A stretch of DNA of 64,000 nt from contig OZ316894.1 in NCBI GenBank assembly GCA_973895155.1, positions 805,968 through 869,967 of the forward strand, read 5' to 3'. Shown here one piece after another: positions 1 to 12,184 of the stretch; positions within the stretch are counted from its first letter, which is position 1; the number at the start of each line of letters is the position of its first letter. A program made the translations under genes and the position numbers. This DNA comes from Marsupella aquatica (Eukaryota > Plantae > Marchantiophyta). The notes under the pieces were generated by a model. The model was not told where the DNA came from. It searched no databases and was given only the letters and a program-made list of their open reading frames with translations.

Positions 1-189
1 AAGGTCTACTTTTGGGTCGGAGGATTCCTGAAATGGTGTCATCATTTCAAAAATATATTTTTTAAGTCCAAAAACTCATAAGAGATCATATAAACCTTCT
101 CTAACTACTATTTTAACTCTTTATCTACCTTGGACTAAGGGAAAAAGCACTCCACTACTATAAATTTATTGTTTTTTGGTTTTTTAGAG

Positions 190-2762
190 GTCTCACACCC
201 ATCAGCTACACGGAAAGCATGTACCTACATTCAACCTCTCATCTCTCTTGATGCATGTCATACAAAGAACAAGAAGTACCCCACTCAACTGTTCTTAACT
301 ACATGTTTGGATGGAAATGGCCAAGGATTGATTCTATGTTACGCAGTAGCTCCAGTTGAGAACACAGATAATTGGATCTAGTTTCTGGAATTGGTAGATA
401 GATCACTCTACGGCATTGAATCGCCTCACATGCCACTCATATCAGACCAACAGAAAGGTCTACTTGCCGCTGTGAGTTACGTGTGGCCAGGTATGATACA
501 TGCAGCATGTGCAAACCACCTGAGAGCTAATGTCAAGAACAGGCATGGCAAAGCAGCAACAGATATTTTTACAGGATGCATATACGCCAACGATGAAAGA
601 CAGTAAGTCCAAAAACCTTCATTGCTTTGATTCTACATACATTTGTCTTCTTATGCATACACCGCATACTCAGTGTTCAATACAATAATATTACCTCTCC
701 TCGAATACAGAATGTGAAGTACATATCACTCACGCAAATTTTTTCTCTGTGTATGACATGATTGTATACATTAACATCAATGTTTTCCCTGTGCACCTGT
801 ATCAGATTTGAAGCGTGTTTGAAGTGGCTGGCTGAGTCCGTCAAGGCACATGAGAATGCAAATGCTGTAGACTACATCAGAAGTTTTGATGCAAAACTTT
901 ATGCCAGGCATGCCTTTCCACTTCCCCGCATGGCAAAGGTTACAAGCAACCCTGCTGAGCAAGCAAATTCAGGCTTACTCCCCTTGCGTGAATTTGCTCC
1001 TTGCAAGTTGATGGAGCGCATGTGGGTATATGTTCAGCAAAAGTTTAAAGAAAGGAAAGCAGTTGCGTTGGCGAGACAGGAAGTACTCACTATTCCAGCC
1101 CTGGTCAGGTACAACAAGAATCTCAAGACGTTTGGTCAATGGCCGGTAATCTTCATGCCTGGTCTTGTGTATGCATGATTAGTCATCTGTAGTCATCATC
1201 GGTCACTAATGTGCCCATATACTCTAAACTTTTAAGACCAACTAGTCATAATCAGTCGCCTGTGTTCCGATATTGAACCATAGCACCAGTCATATCTGCG
1301 AAAGGCTACTCTTCCTCACTGACTGTTTGTGACTAATTCATACCTTGTTTTAAGTCATACAAATGACTACTTTGCAGTCATTTGTAAGACTACACCTTCT
1401 CCAAATCCTAAAATGCCCAAGTACGGATTTGGTCATTATTAGTCACAAAATGTGTCTTAAACCCTAGTCACATAGTTGACCACTCGATCTCAGTCACTTT
1501 AAATAAGACGCTATGTCAAAATTATGACTGGCTTGATACCCCCCAAACTTTAGTCACAAGGAGTCATGGGCAGTCATAAAACTTAGTCATAAGACACCCC
1601 GGTTTCTACTAGTGATTACTAGTTACGTGTTCTGTATATACTGTAACATCAATGTCTTCTTAATAGCTCGGTGTTGAATTAAAATACACTAGTATGAATG
1701 TATTCTTTATTTGAATAGTTTTGTAATTATATCCAAGTTTTCATATGCTCATGTGTTTGATGATGGTGCATCCACAGCCAAGGTTCAAACTACATCCCAA
1801 AGTGAGGAGTATCTACTTAGTGTCACTATCACCAAAGAAATGTTGCACTTGTTGGGAGCTGCAAGAGATGGTGTGGCCATGTGAGCATATAATGGCTTGG
1901 GATGACCAGGAAGGCAACAATTTTTCTGCTCATTTTCACAAATGTTGGCGGATTGCTTCAATTAGGGCTTTGTATGACAATGTTTTACCTAGCTTTATTG
2001 TATCAGACTTAATGCCAAGTCCAAATTGTGTTGCTCCTGTGGCTGTTGTGAAAAGGGGCAGACATAGAATGGTCCGCATCGAACAGGGTCGTGGGCATCC
2101 ACCTAGGGCTCTTGGAGAAGGCGAAGAATCAGTGATTGACTCCCTTGGACAACTATTCTTGAGATATCCACTAGATGATGATCCAAACAGGGTGGAACCC
2201 TTTTCAACAGCAAACACTATTGCTGAACTTCCAATTGTTCAAGTTCAATCGAGGGCAAAGAAAGTGGGGCCTAACACTAGGAAGTGCAGGTGCAATAAGT
2301 GTGGGCAGGTTGGACATAACCGAAGATCTTGTGATAAAGTCCATAGTGTGACGCCAACAGATCCGGCAAGAGTAAGGATTCCAACATTAACAGTCTTCTT
2401 ACAAGTATATATCATTACTTGTGGGCTTCATGCATGTGTGGTCTCATGCTAGGGACAAATTTTAAAATTGCCTTCATATGCAGGTGGATAATGGTGATGC
2501 AGTCAATTTGGAGCACCCACCTGTGTCACCCTTTCCTTGGGAAGACCAACTACTACAGACTGAATATAGTATTGAATCGACAGCACCAACAGTAGCCACA
2601 GGACCAATCCAGAGCATTGTACCTCAGCCCCTTCTCCCAAATAGTGAACAACAATTGCCACAAGCTTTCATTGATAGGTGCATGGAATTGGCCAATGAGG
2701 CTGCAATAGAGTGTCAGGGATTTGGGTCACAATATCATGTTGATATTACTGAACCTTACTAG
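190..2762 (+). pseudogene. MuDR/MULE (MURA-like) DDE transposase, spliced; 5' part lies outside the window; one premature stop at 379-381
   Basis: Exons ~190-602, 806-1145, 1778-2371, 2484-2762 joined by phase-consistent GT-AG introns. MULE motifs: SLDACH (D1), ISDQQKGL (D2), CANH, SNPAEQANS (E), SWIM finger CTC..PCEH, zinc knuckle CNKCGQVGHNRRSC. In-frame TAG in NWI*FLE, probably from TGG. Confidence 0.9.
1181..1614. mobile_element. Truncated CACTA (En/Spm) terminus inside transposase intron 2
   Basis: Ends in ggtttctactagtg (reverse complement CACTAGTAGAAACC), preceded by a dense run of AGTCA/TGACT subterminal-type repeats. No matching second TIR is visible. Confidence 0.6.
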
Positions 2763-3227
2763 TTACTTTATTACTGAACTTTGGTTGTGCATCAAAACTC
2801 TTGTCACTTTTTTCCACCATTATTTCCCGTTTATCTTCCATCCTTGCACTTGAAGACAGCGACCATGTTGTCTTCTTAACTTCCTTCATTGATATTGAAG
2901 ACATTGACCATAATGTCTTCAAATTTGAATCTACTTCCGCAATAATATTGGCGCGCGGGACCGTTGGTCGACATAGAGTGTTCCATGGAGAATGTGCGCG
3001 TTTGCGAGCGGACTAAAGCGGAGTCTTTGAAGTCGTCCACATGAGTGACAACAAAGGGAGGAGGTATTAGGAGACCAATGTAGTAGAGGACGGACAGGAC
3101 AGCACTACAGCGCCAGAGAGAGAGGTCTGAGTAGATTGTGCAACGCCCGAGAGCACCAGAGAGAGCAAGAGCGTCAAGGATAGGAGAGCGAAAACAAGAG
3201 CACCAATGATAGGATTGCCATTTGGCA

Positions 3228-3966
3228 ATGGCAAAGTTCAATGAAGGCAGTGTTGGTTTTGTAGTTCAGTTGTTTAATTTGGGCATTGGGGTTTGCCATA
3301 CTCGTCGCCATATGGACCGTATTTGCAGGTTTGAGTGCACTACTCTTCTTCCTCCATTGCATGTTGGAACGGATTTTGTGTTTGTCTTCAGTGTGGAATC
3401 AAGATGGGCTGCCTCCCCTTGCGCCATCAAAATCAGAGGGTCACGATTCCCTTGTAGTGGCTATTGTTGGGCCACCAAAACCTGTATCGGCTTGGCGCCA
3501 GGGTGCTAATGCAGGTCCATCTTCGTCAGCCTCACAAGCACAATTGGTTGACGTTGTGCAAATTCAGCCTGCCACAAGGGTGAAATTACAATCACAAACT
3601 TTCTCCTCTTGCTCTAAGTCAATTTCTCTTCCATACAATTGTGATCTAGGCTCTACCTCAAAGAAAAAATGGTATGCCATTGCTAGGGGGCGCAGTCCTG
3701 GAATATATCGTACTTGGGAGGAGGCAGAATGTCAGGTGAGCGGATTTAGTGGAGCTAGTCACAAGTCTTTTAGGTCCCATTATGAGGCAGAGGCATGGCT
3801 TCAACGACAATTCAGTGCAATGGGTGCACAATGGAGGGCTCCTATCAAAGCAGATGGTCATAGAGTTAATGTTGAGTTGCTTGGAGTAGATGAGTCTGGG
3901 CATGATGAAGTATTTAGGTGCACCTGTTGTGGGGAAGTATTTTGTAGCAATGAGCTCTTGACTTAG
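3228..3966 (+). CDS. Hydrophobic N-terminus + RNase H1 N-terminal / caulimovirus viroplasmin (hybrid-binding) domain protein; likely 1-bp frameshift near 3288
   Basis: KKWYAIARGRSPGIYRTWEEAECQVSGFSGASHKSFRSHYEAEAWL matches the RNase H1 N-terminal consensus. The ATG 3228 frame (MAKFNEG..LGIG) joins the 3286 frame (FAILVAIWTVFAGLSALLFFL) across a G-run. No catalytic RNase H domain. Confidence 0.75.
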
Positions 3967-4149
3967 TTTACACCACAGTGGTAACAAGTTCAAATAATAG
4001 CTCACAGGAAGTAGCAATTACAATTTTGCTTCAATTGCAGACATTGAAGTCTGCAACAACATTGTACTCCAACAATTTTGAGATGTTATACAAATTTTGA
4101 AACTGTTTTGCAGTTCTCATGTGCATCTTGTGTGAAACCACTAGTGTTG

Positions 4150-4830
4150 GCCATTTACGTACGTACCCCCGCTCAAATTTCTTCTTGAAGCAGAATATCC
4201 TGTCGTTGGCAAAATGGCTAAGTGTGGTGCGAAGACGTACAATATGGACAATGTCTTCCAAAACCCACAACATCCACCATTTACCCCTACTCAAATGGCT
4301 TCTTGACGCACAATATCCTGTGGAAAAATGGCTAAGTGTGGTGCGAAGACAATATGGACAATGTCTTCCAAAACCCACAACATCCACCATTTACCTCTGC
4401 TCAAATGGCCTCTTGACGCAAAATATCCTGTTGTTGACAAAATGGCTAAGTGTGGTGCAAAGACAATATGGACAATGTCTTCCAAAACCCACAACATCCA
4501 CCATTTACCCCTGCTCAAATGGCCTCTTGACGCAAAATATCCTGTCATTGGAAAAATGACTAAGTGTGGTGCGAAGACAATATGGACAATGCCTTCCAAA
4601 ACCCACAACATCCACCATTTACCCCTGCTCAAATGGCCTCTTGACGCAAAATATCCTGTCGTTGGAAAAATGGCTAAGTGTGGTGCGAAGACAATATGGA
4701 CAATGTCTTCCAAAACCCACAACATCCACCATTTACCCCTGCTCAAATGGCTTCTTGAAGCAAAATATCATGTCGTTGGAAAAATGGCTAAGTGTGGTGC
4801 AAAGACAATGTGGACAATGTCTTCCAAAAC
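4150..4830. repeat. Tandem array, 114-bp unit, about 6 copies
   Basis: aaaatg(g/a)ctaagtgtggtgc recurs at 4211, 4325, 4439, 4553, 4667 and 4781. The units are near-identical. Confidence 0.95.
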
Positions 4831-5272
4831 TGAAGGTGCAAACTGAAGGTAGTATCCAGCAAAATGAATAATTTTTATACATCAGAACATAGTGAATGCA
4901 ATTGTCTTGCTTTTTATTCATAAATGTTTCCAGTACAAGTTGCAAGTCGAGTTGTGACCTTGCAGTGTAGATGTATCATGGGCCTCCTTGCCTTCCAATG
5001 AAGCTACATTGTATCTGAAGCTACCTCAAGCTACAGTCATTGCATCTAAAGACCACTGAAGCTACCACAAAAATGGCTTAGTACCACACGGGAAGGGTGT
5101 CCACGCTCAGTCAGCATACTGGGAAGGGTGCGGGAGTTGGTCAATAACCTCCCTGAATGTATCTTGTGAAGCGTCATTTGGGAGTCATGCAAAAGTTGTG
5201 ATGGCCCAAATGTGTCTACATTGTCACCATCACCTAGCAGGATTTCATGCAAGGGAGTTGGTCGAGTAGAAG

Positions 5273-5540
5273 CTAGGGGGATTAACTTAGTGTATATTTT
5301 AGGGTACCACGTGCGATCCTAGCCTAATATAAATACACCTATTTTATAATGGGAATATTTCAATATTAATGACCTATTTTACTTTATAAAAGGTATATAT
5401 TAGAGAATATTCTATAAATATTGGTCTATAATACCTTCTTTTGCTTCCTACGCTTTTTAAAAATTTAGCTAATTTCTATGAAAAATACCTATTTTGGATT
5501 GCACGTGGTTCATAAGATTTTTGATAGTCAACCCCCCGAG
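5273..5540. mobile_element. MITE copy 1 (about 15-bp TIR, 8-bp TSD AGTAGAAG)
   Basis: Ends CTAGGGGGATTAACT and AGTCAACCCCCCGAG. TSD at 5265-5272 and 5541-5548. Internal inverted ccacgtgcgatcc/ggattgcacgtgg. Near-identical to 52389-52674. Confidence 0.9.
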
Positions 5541-6739
5541 AGTAGAAGGTGTTCCTCTTCCTCTCCCTTGCCCCCCCTCTACTTGTCATGCTTTTACTTC
5601 GCTTTTGCTTGCCTCTCAGTGCTCTGTCTTCAACTTCTGATGTTGCTAAGTCATCATCTTCGGGGTGCAAAAACATAACTTTTGTTTTGGGGTTGACTGC
5701 CAATAGAGGAACAACCTGCAATGCCTGGCTCATACCCTTGCTTGATTTAGAGGCCTCCTTCCTCTTCCTTGAGACGGGAATAGGTACTAAGGACAAAGCA
5801 GCTCCTCCTTTGGTACCTACAACCCACAAAGACATTAGAATACATGGACAAAGAGGTATTCACATTCCACAATGAAGCAGAGGAATTTTGCTGTTGCACA
5901 CTTAGGCAAACCTGTGAGGAGTTTGTAGCCAGTGCAAGGCCTGGTGTTGACACTAGTATAGGGGCTGGTGCTTCCACTGGTCTTGGTGTAGGGGCATGTG
6001 CTAGTGGTGGTCTAGGGACATCGGCAGGTGCATGTGTTGATGTTGTTACAGGGGCAGGGGCTGAGTGTTCATTTGTTGGGATAGGGGTTGGGGCAGGTGC
6101 AAGGGATTGCTCCACCAAATTTCCCTTTCCTTTTCGCCTTTTGCTTGCTTTTTCCCGTTGTTGCCCTTCCTACAATCCAAAGCAACATCAAAAGACATTG
6201 ACAAAGAGATATTCACATTACTCAACAATGGACGCCGTTGATGAGAAGGAATTCAATTATGTGGCCTAAGACACAAAGGCGTACCTTGGAGGGGTTGGTT
6301 GCTGGTACTGGGATTGCTAGTGCCATTGGTGCTGAGGACATTGCTGACACATCCCTTCCCCTTTGTCTTCCTCCCTACAATGAACAAAATTATTAATTGA
6401 CATAGAAGATAGTGAGGGTTGTGTATTCACTCCCTGCAAAGCAGTTTGATAAGGAAATTAGCCTGGTACATGAAGACATACCTGGGAGGGGTTGCTTGTC
6501 GGTGCCTGTGCTGCTGCTGGTTTTGGGGGCACCGCTGATACACCCCTTCCCCTTCTACTTCCTCTCTACAATGGAGAATATCATTAAGTGACTTGAATAC
6601 ACCGAGGGTTGTGTATTTAACCCCTGCAAAGTAATATGAATAGAAAGGAATGTGAGCTTGTATAGGAAGGCAAACCAAGCTGATCTATATCAAATTTCTT
6701 TCCCGTGCATGGGCTAGAATGAAGAAATTGTAGTGCACG

Positions 6740-7470
6740 CAGAAGACAATTAGGGTGATGTATTCAAACTTCCAAGTAAGCACTTTTGAGACTTACAATC
6801 TGTCGTGCGAGGGCTGGTGCTGGTGATTCCACTGCTACAACCCCTCCAAGAGCCCTTCTGCTTCATCTCTAGAATGAAGACATTGCAGTGCACACCAAAG
6901 ACAATGAGGTAGATGTATTCAGACATTGCAAAGCATTGCAAACAAATGTTTTTACCAAAAACACAAAGGCAAACCTGGGAGTGAAAAGACATTGAGGTTG
7001 AAGTATTCAGACTAGATTGCAATTGCACGACTTCCAAGTAAGCACTTCTGAGACTTACAATCCGTGGTGCGAGGGCTGGTGCTGGTGATTCCACTGCTAC
7101 AACCCCTCCACTTGCCCTTCCACTCCGTCTCTAGAATGAAGAAATTGCAGTGCATGGCGAAGACAATGAGGCAGCTGTATTCAGACATTGCAAAGCATTG
7201 CAAACATATGTTTTTACAAAAAACACAAAGGCAAACCTGGAAGGGGTTTGTTGACATTGGAGGGGATGGTGCTACTTTTTGTACTGGGGATGGGGACTCC
7301 AGTGGTACACCCCTTCCCCTTCGTCTTTGTCATTACAATATATGAAATGAATGCTTAGGGGAGTGAAAAGACATTGGGGTTTAAGTATTCAGACTAGATT
7401 GCAATTGAATGACTTCCAAGTTTGCACTTTAGAGACTTACAATCTGTGGTGCAGGGGCTGGTGGTGGTGG
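6740..7470 (-). repeat. Three diverged copies of an exon+intron module
   Basis: acttccaagt..gcactt..gagacttacaatc..gtgc.agggctggtg at ~6769, ~7030 and ~7412. Intron sequence such as aaacacaaaggcaaacctgg is also duplicated. Confidence 0.85.
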
Positions 7471-8086
7471 TCGTCATGCTGTTGCTACTGGTACCGACTC
7501 TAATAGTACAATCTATGGTGCAATGGCTGGTGATGCTGGTGCAAGTGGTGGTAAGGACTCTAAGACTAATATACACGGTACAGGGGCTGGTGTTGTTGCT
7601 GCGACTGGCGCTATGAAGTCTGGGAGTAGAGTCTCTGGTGTAGGGGTTGGTGGTGCTATGAACTCCGAGATAGTCTCCGATACTACTCCTTCCTACAATG
7701 AACACAAGGAGCATTTGAATACAATGAGGCTCATGTATTCACAATTTGCAAAAAAATTCCAAAAGTTATTGAAGCAAAGAAACAAAGACTGACCTGGAGG
7801 GGGTAGCCATCCTCTCCCTCTCCATAGGCGTAAAGAATATTTTTGGAGACTTGAAACCAAGTGACAATGTTGTGAAAAGTTGAGTCCTTGTTCATGAACA
7901 TCCTGAATAGGATTGTCAATGGGATCCCGAACAGGATGGTCAATAGGATCATGAATAGGATCATGAACAGGATGCTCAATAAGATGGTCTAAATCCTCAA
8001 CATGAGAAGGATTCTGATGATTATTGTCTTCATCATCTTGAACAGGATGGTCAATAGGATCCTGAATAGGATCATGAACAGGATAG

Positions 8087-11000
8087 TGTCACTTGCCTAT
8101 CCAACGATTAATACGTGCAAACCATACTTTTCTTTGCTTAAACCGTTGGTATCGTATTATGGGGTCGTGGAGGGACGCTTATTTGGAGGATTTCCACACC
8201 TAAGGATGAGTATGTTTGATTCCGCTCCCGGAAGCGTACTTTTTGATCAAGTCTACCGACTGGTCTCTCCGTTTTTGATCAAGTCCAAGGGACTGGTCCT
8301 ACCATCTACAACTCATGCCCATCGGGTGAGTGCTGTCACCACCCCCCTCCTTTCATGGGCAAGCGTACAAACATTTACAATAAGATTTGAACACTAGTGA
8401 CAAGGGCAAATGTTTCCACAACGAAACCGACCACATGCACTAGGGGAGGAAAACAAACAACACAAGCAACAACAAGTGACACACAAAATTTTGGAACCTC
8501 AAGCCAAATCCATATCTCTTGGTGTTTCCCATAACACATGCAAGGACAACCCGGCCTCCTGCCGTCTGCCCAACTCCTGCCTCCCTAGGACAAGTGCTAC
8601 GTTTTCCACCTCACTACTCTGGCTTGAACTTCTCCTAATCGGTGCGTTACTCACAAAAGCTACTCAAAAGCATCAAAGCACTACGCTGAGTTCCCCCCCA
8701 CTACTCTGGGCTTTCCCCCTAAATACCAAAAAAAAACACACCAAAGCACCCCTCACGGGGCCACAATGATGGCGGCTTACCCTAGCGGCGTTGCTAAACC
8801 CTTCACTAAGAAACCCCTCAAATAAAAGCATGTGGCACACACATGCTTCTAAAACCCTAAACCCTAAACTAACAATGGGACCGACAGTGCCTTCGACGGC
8901 GCCCCAACATTACTCTGTGAACCATGAAATTGCAAGGGACCCCACAATGGCCGAAACTAGTTGCCCCTCCACTTGAACTTCTGAGTTCACCCCTGGATAG
9001 CCCTCCTCCTCCTGAGCATGAATCACTCAACCGCTCTTGAAACGGACATCGGACGACCAAGTTATGGTCGTTTCAGTATCCTGTAACCCCAACTTCGTCG
9101 GGCCCTAACTTGCACGTCCTGGCTCCGTTTGAGGAGCGCTGCCTCTTGTTGGAATCAGCTCCGCGAGCTCTTTCCAACAAGCCCGTGAGTGACCCCTCAC
9201 AAAAAGTTGGAAAGTCAAGGGGCCGTACAACCACGTCCGTACGACCACCCTAATCCTCCTCCTCTTCACTCACGGTGCCCTGGCTTGAGCCCCGTGAGTG
9301 GGCATCCCCATCACTCTCCACTGGAGTGAGTGCTACTTCACTCCTCTTCTTCTTCACCGGGGTACTCCTTGTGCTAGTGCTCCCCTGCTTCCTCAAATTG
9401 GCCAAGACCTGCCACACCTTGATGTACCCCTCACCAATGGTGTCCTTCCATAAGGCTGCCTCTTCACCGGACCGCAACTCCAACGATAAAACCTGCCTGG
9501 TGGCCATGGGAGTCCTAGGGGTGACAGATCAGGGTGGCATCCCCGGGGTCCTCGTGTTGACCTGAGCCTCTCGTAACGATTTACGTACCTCCCTGAGCTT
9601 CTTCTCTAAGCTCTTGCTCTTCTCTTGACTCTTCTTGGCTGCATCCAACAGGGGTCCATACTTCTCACTGACTTCCTTCACCACCATCTCAATGGCCCTG
9701 GAGATCAAATCCGGGGAGAGTGTGGAGCTAGGTGTGTAGGGGCTCTTCCGTTTCCCCAGACTCAAGGCCTCACTCCTCTTAGCCCTTGTCTCAAAGATCA
9801 CCATTTGACCCCGTAGTGCTCCCACCTGAGCTCTTAACACCACCACTTCTCCAGAATTCTGCTTCTCTTTGGCTAGTGCCTGTTTCAATACTCCAAGCTC
9901 TTCCGCTTTCTTGGCCTTGGTGGACAAGGCTCCTTTCAAGTTGGAGATCTCTACGTGAGCTGCTTGGAGAAGCTTAACCTTCTCATGAATGGCCTCCTCC
10001 TTGGCCTTGATCACCTCCTTCATAGACAGGGCACTCTACTCCAAAGTCTCTACTCTGGCGGTGGCCTGCTTGAGAGAATCTCTCAATGCGTGGACTAGCT
10101 TGAGTCCCTCATGGACTCCCTCCTAGAAATCCCGTAACTCCGCCAGGTAGACATCAGGAATGTTGTAGACCAGGGGCTCCTCCGGATTTCCCACAAGTGA
10201 TTCAAGCCACTCCAATGTGGAGTCCTCATCCTGGTTTTCTTCCTCTCTATTATCATCCCCAACCGCCGACGATGATCCCTCCGTTAGTTTCCCCAAGATG
10301 GTAGTGGCAATACTCCTGATTTCCGTGGTAAGGGATGATCCAGAGTCTTCCTGTCCCGGGGAAACAATCCAGCTTCTGCTCTGGCCAACAAAAATGACCC
10401 CATCAAATGTACAGCCCCACCTGGTTTCACACTCCTGGGATCGGTGTCCAATAGCTTTTTCAACCCGTAGTACCACCATCTGTACACATGGGCTGGATAG
10501 TTCTTGATGTCCATAGCTACCACAAAATGCTCTCCATTCACCACCCTGGATTGCACGTTACCAAGGATCCGTTGATGAACCTTGGCCAGAAATCCCTTGT
10601 GCTCAGCATCCTTGACGGTGGAAAGAGGAATGGAAGTAGTGGAGGTGGGATTAATCACCTAACCGACCACCATTGTCAACGTGAGCTCTCCCCTTATGTT
10701 CCGAGGCGTGAATGAGAATTGCTGGTTCTCCAGAAACAGAAGCTTAGCTAACTCCACATGGGGCACTACCCATTGGAGACATTCAAAGTAGATTCCTTCC
10801 GTACGTAACTTCATCCCGGCCTCAATGTTCCAATTCTTCCCCGAAGGGATTGTAATCTCCACCTTCATGAACTCCGTGAGCCCGGTGGCTTGAAAAATAT
10901 TCCTACAATCCTCCATCACCTTGGCGGAGGTTTTGGGATAAATTCAACGGAAAACCTTCCTACTCACCGGTGCGGAACTTGCCGCTAGTCCAGTACTCAT

Positions 11001-12184
11001 CGTAGCTTCTCTCTCTTCTCTCTCTCTTGCAATCAATGTCTCAACATAGTCACAGTAAGCAGCCTTGTATCTCCGAATGCGTGCCGCACTAAACTCTGGT
11101 TGATCCAGCATCCATGCATCCAAAAATCAAATCCTCAATCACCAAATCCCGTCACCTGTAGCAATGTCAATTCCCTGGCCCAAAACGGCCCCCGTATCCC
11201 GATCAATCAATTACCCTCAATTCCCCCAGAAGCCACTCCATGCCGCTGCCGCTAATGCCCGGAAGAATCATGCCAACAAGCCCCAACAATTGACCATGAG
11301 AAAGAGCTTCCAGAATAATTGCAAAATGTGGAGAGAGCTTCCGGCAAGAGTTGAGAGAGAGCCCGAGTTTTTTTTTGCTTTTGACAATGAGTTGGTCTTG
11401 CAAAAGAGAGGAAGTGAGAAAATAGTAAGGAAAAAAAGGAAACCCCATGGCTCCTTTGCTAATTTCCCTCGCGGCTGCGCCTTGCTTTCTCCCCCTCGCG
11501 GCTGCGCCTACCCTTGCGCCCCGACAGCCCTTTTTCTCCCCCTCGCGGCTGCGCCTTCTTCTCGGTCACAACTGGTGGGTGCGCGGCCCTATGCAGGGCT
11601 CGCGGCCCTCTCATCCGTTCACTTGCGGGGCCCTTTTAAGAGGGCTCCTTAAGAGGGGTTTAATCCCCCCAACTCCTTCTCGCCATGCGCCCCGGCTGCC
11701 TCCGCGCCCCGACTGACCTTATGGAGATGCCAGGTGGCGTCCATAGGGGCTGCCCCTTATGGACCCCTTTAAGGATTCCACGTGTCGCCTCCAGGGGTGC
11801 TCCCTATGGGCGCCCCCCATTCCTCGCCCCTTTACTCCAAAAACTTTTAACCTCTCAAAAGAACTCATTCTCTTCTTTTGGCCCTTGTTGTGGTTATACC
11901 TATTTAACCCCAAAAAGAAAAGTTAACCTCTTGGACTTATAGGGGGAACTGACAATGGTTCAAGCTAAATGGCCAGGCCACCTCTTTGCCCCCCTCCTAG
12001 GTTGCCGTGACCGTTTAGAACAATTCTGAGAAGAAAATAAAGTAAAGTCCTCCTGGCAGCACCAACTTGAAAGGACGGAATTAACTCGAAAATAAAAAAA
12101 TGGCTTATTTACAGTGGCTATTAACAATGCATGGGCCTCCGCGACCAGTTATGTGTGACTTCCCGTGACGGGGTACCCATCACA
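8087..12184. mobile_element. 4.1-kb solo-LTR-like insertion (TG...CA, 5-bp TSD GATAG/GATGG)
   Basis: Begins TGTCAC at 8087 and ends CATCACA at 12184. It interrupts the host motif gaacag-gatgg-tcaata, which resumes exactly afterwards. No gag/pol is visible. Confidence 0.75.
9250..11120 (-). pseudogene. Decayed long ORF inside the LTR-like insert; coiled-coil region and acidic C-terminus; unknown function
   Basis: ORF pieces 10919-10659, 10658-10284, 10479-10123, 10023-9529 and 9507-9250 chain together through single stops and frameshifts. Heptad-like stretch KEVIKAKEEAIHEKVKLLQ; ends SEEEED. Confidence 0.6.

Noticed and set aside
3286-3966. Endogenous caulimovirus
   Set aside because: Only the small viroplasmin/RNase H1 N-terminal domain is present; no movement protein, capsid or viral RT nearby.
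4150-4830. CRISPR-like array
   Set aside because: Units are near-identical along their whole length with no unique spacers; eukaryotic context and no cas genes.
8087-8402. Separate small element with TGTCACT..AGTGACA ends
   Set aside because: No TSD at 8403; the host sequence resumes only after 12184.
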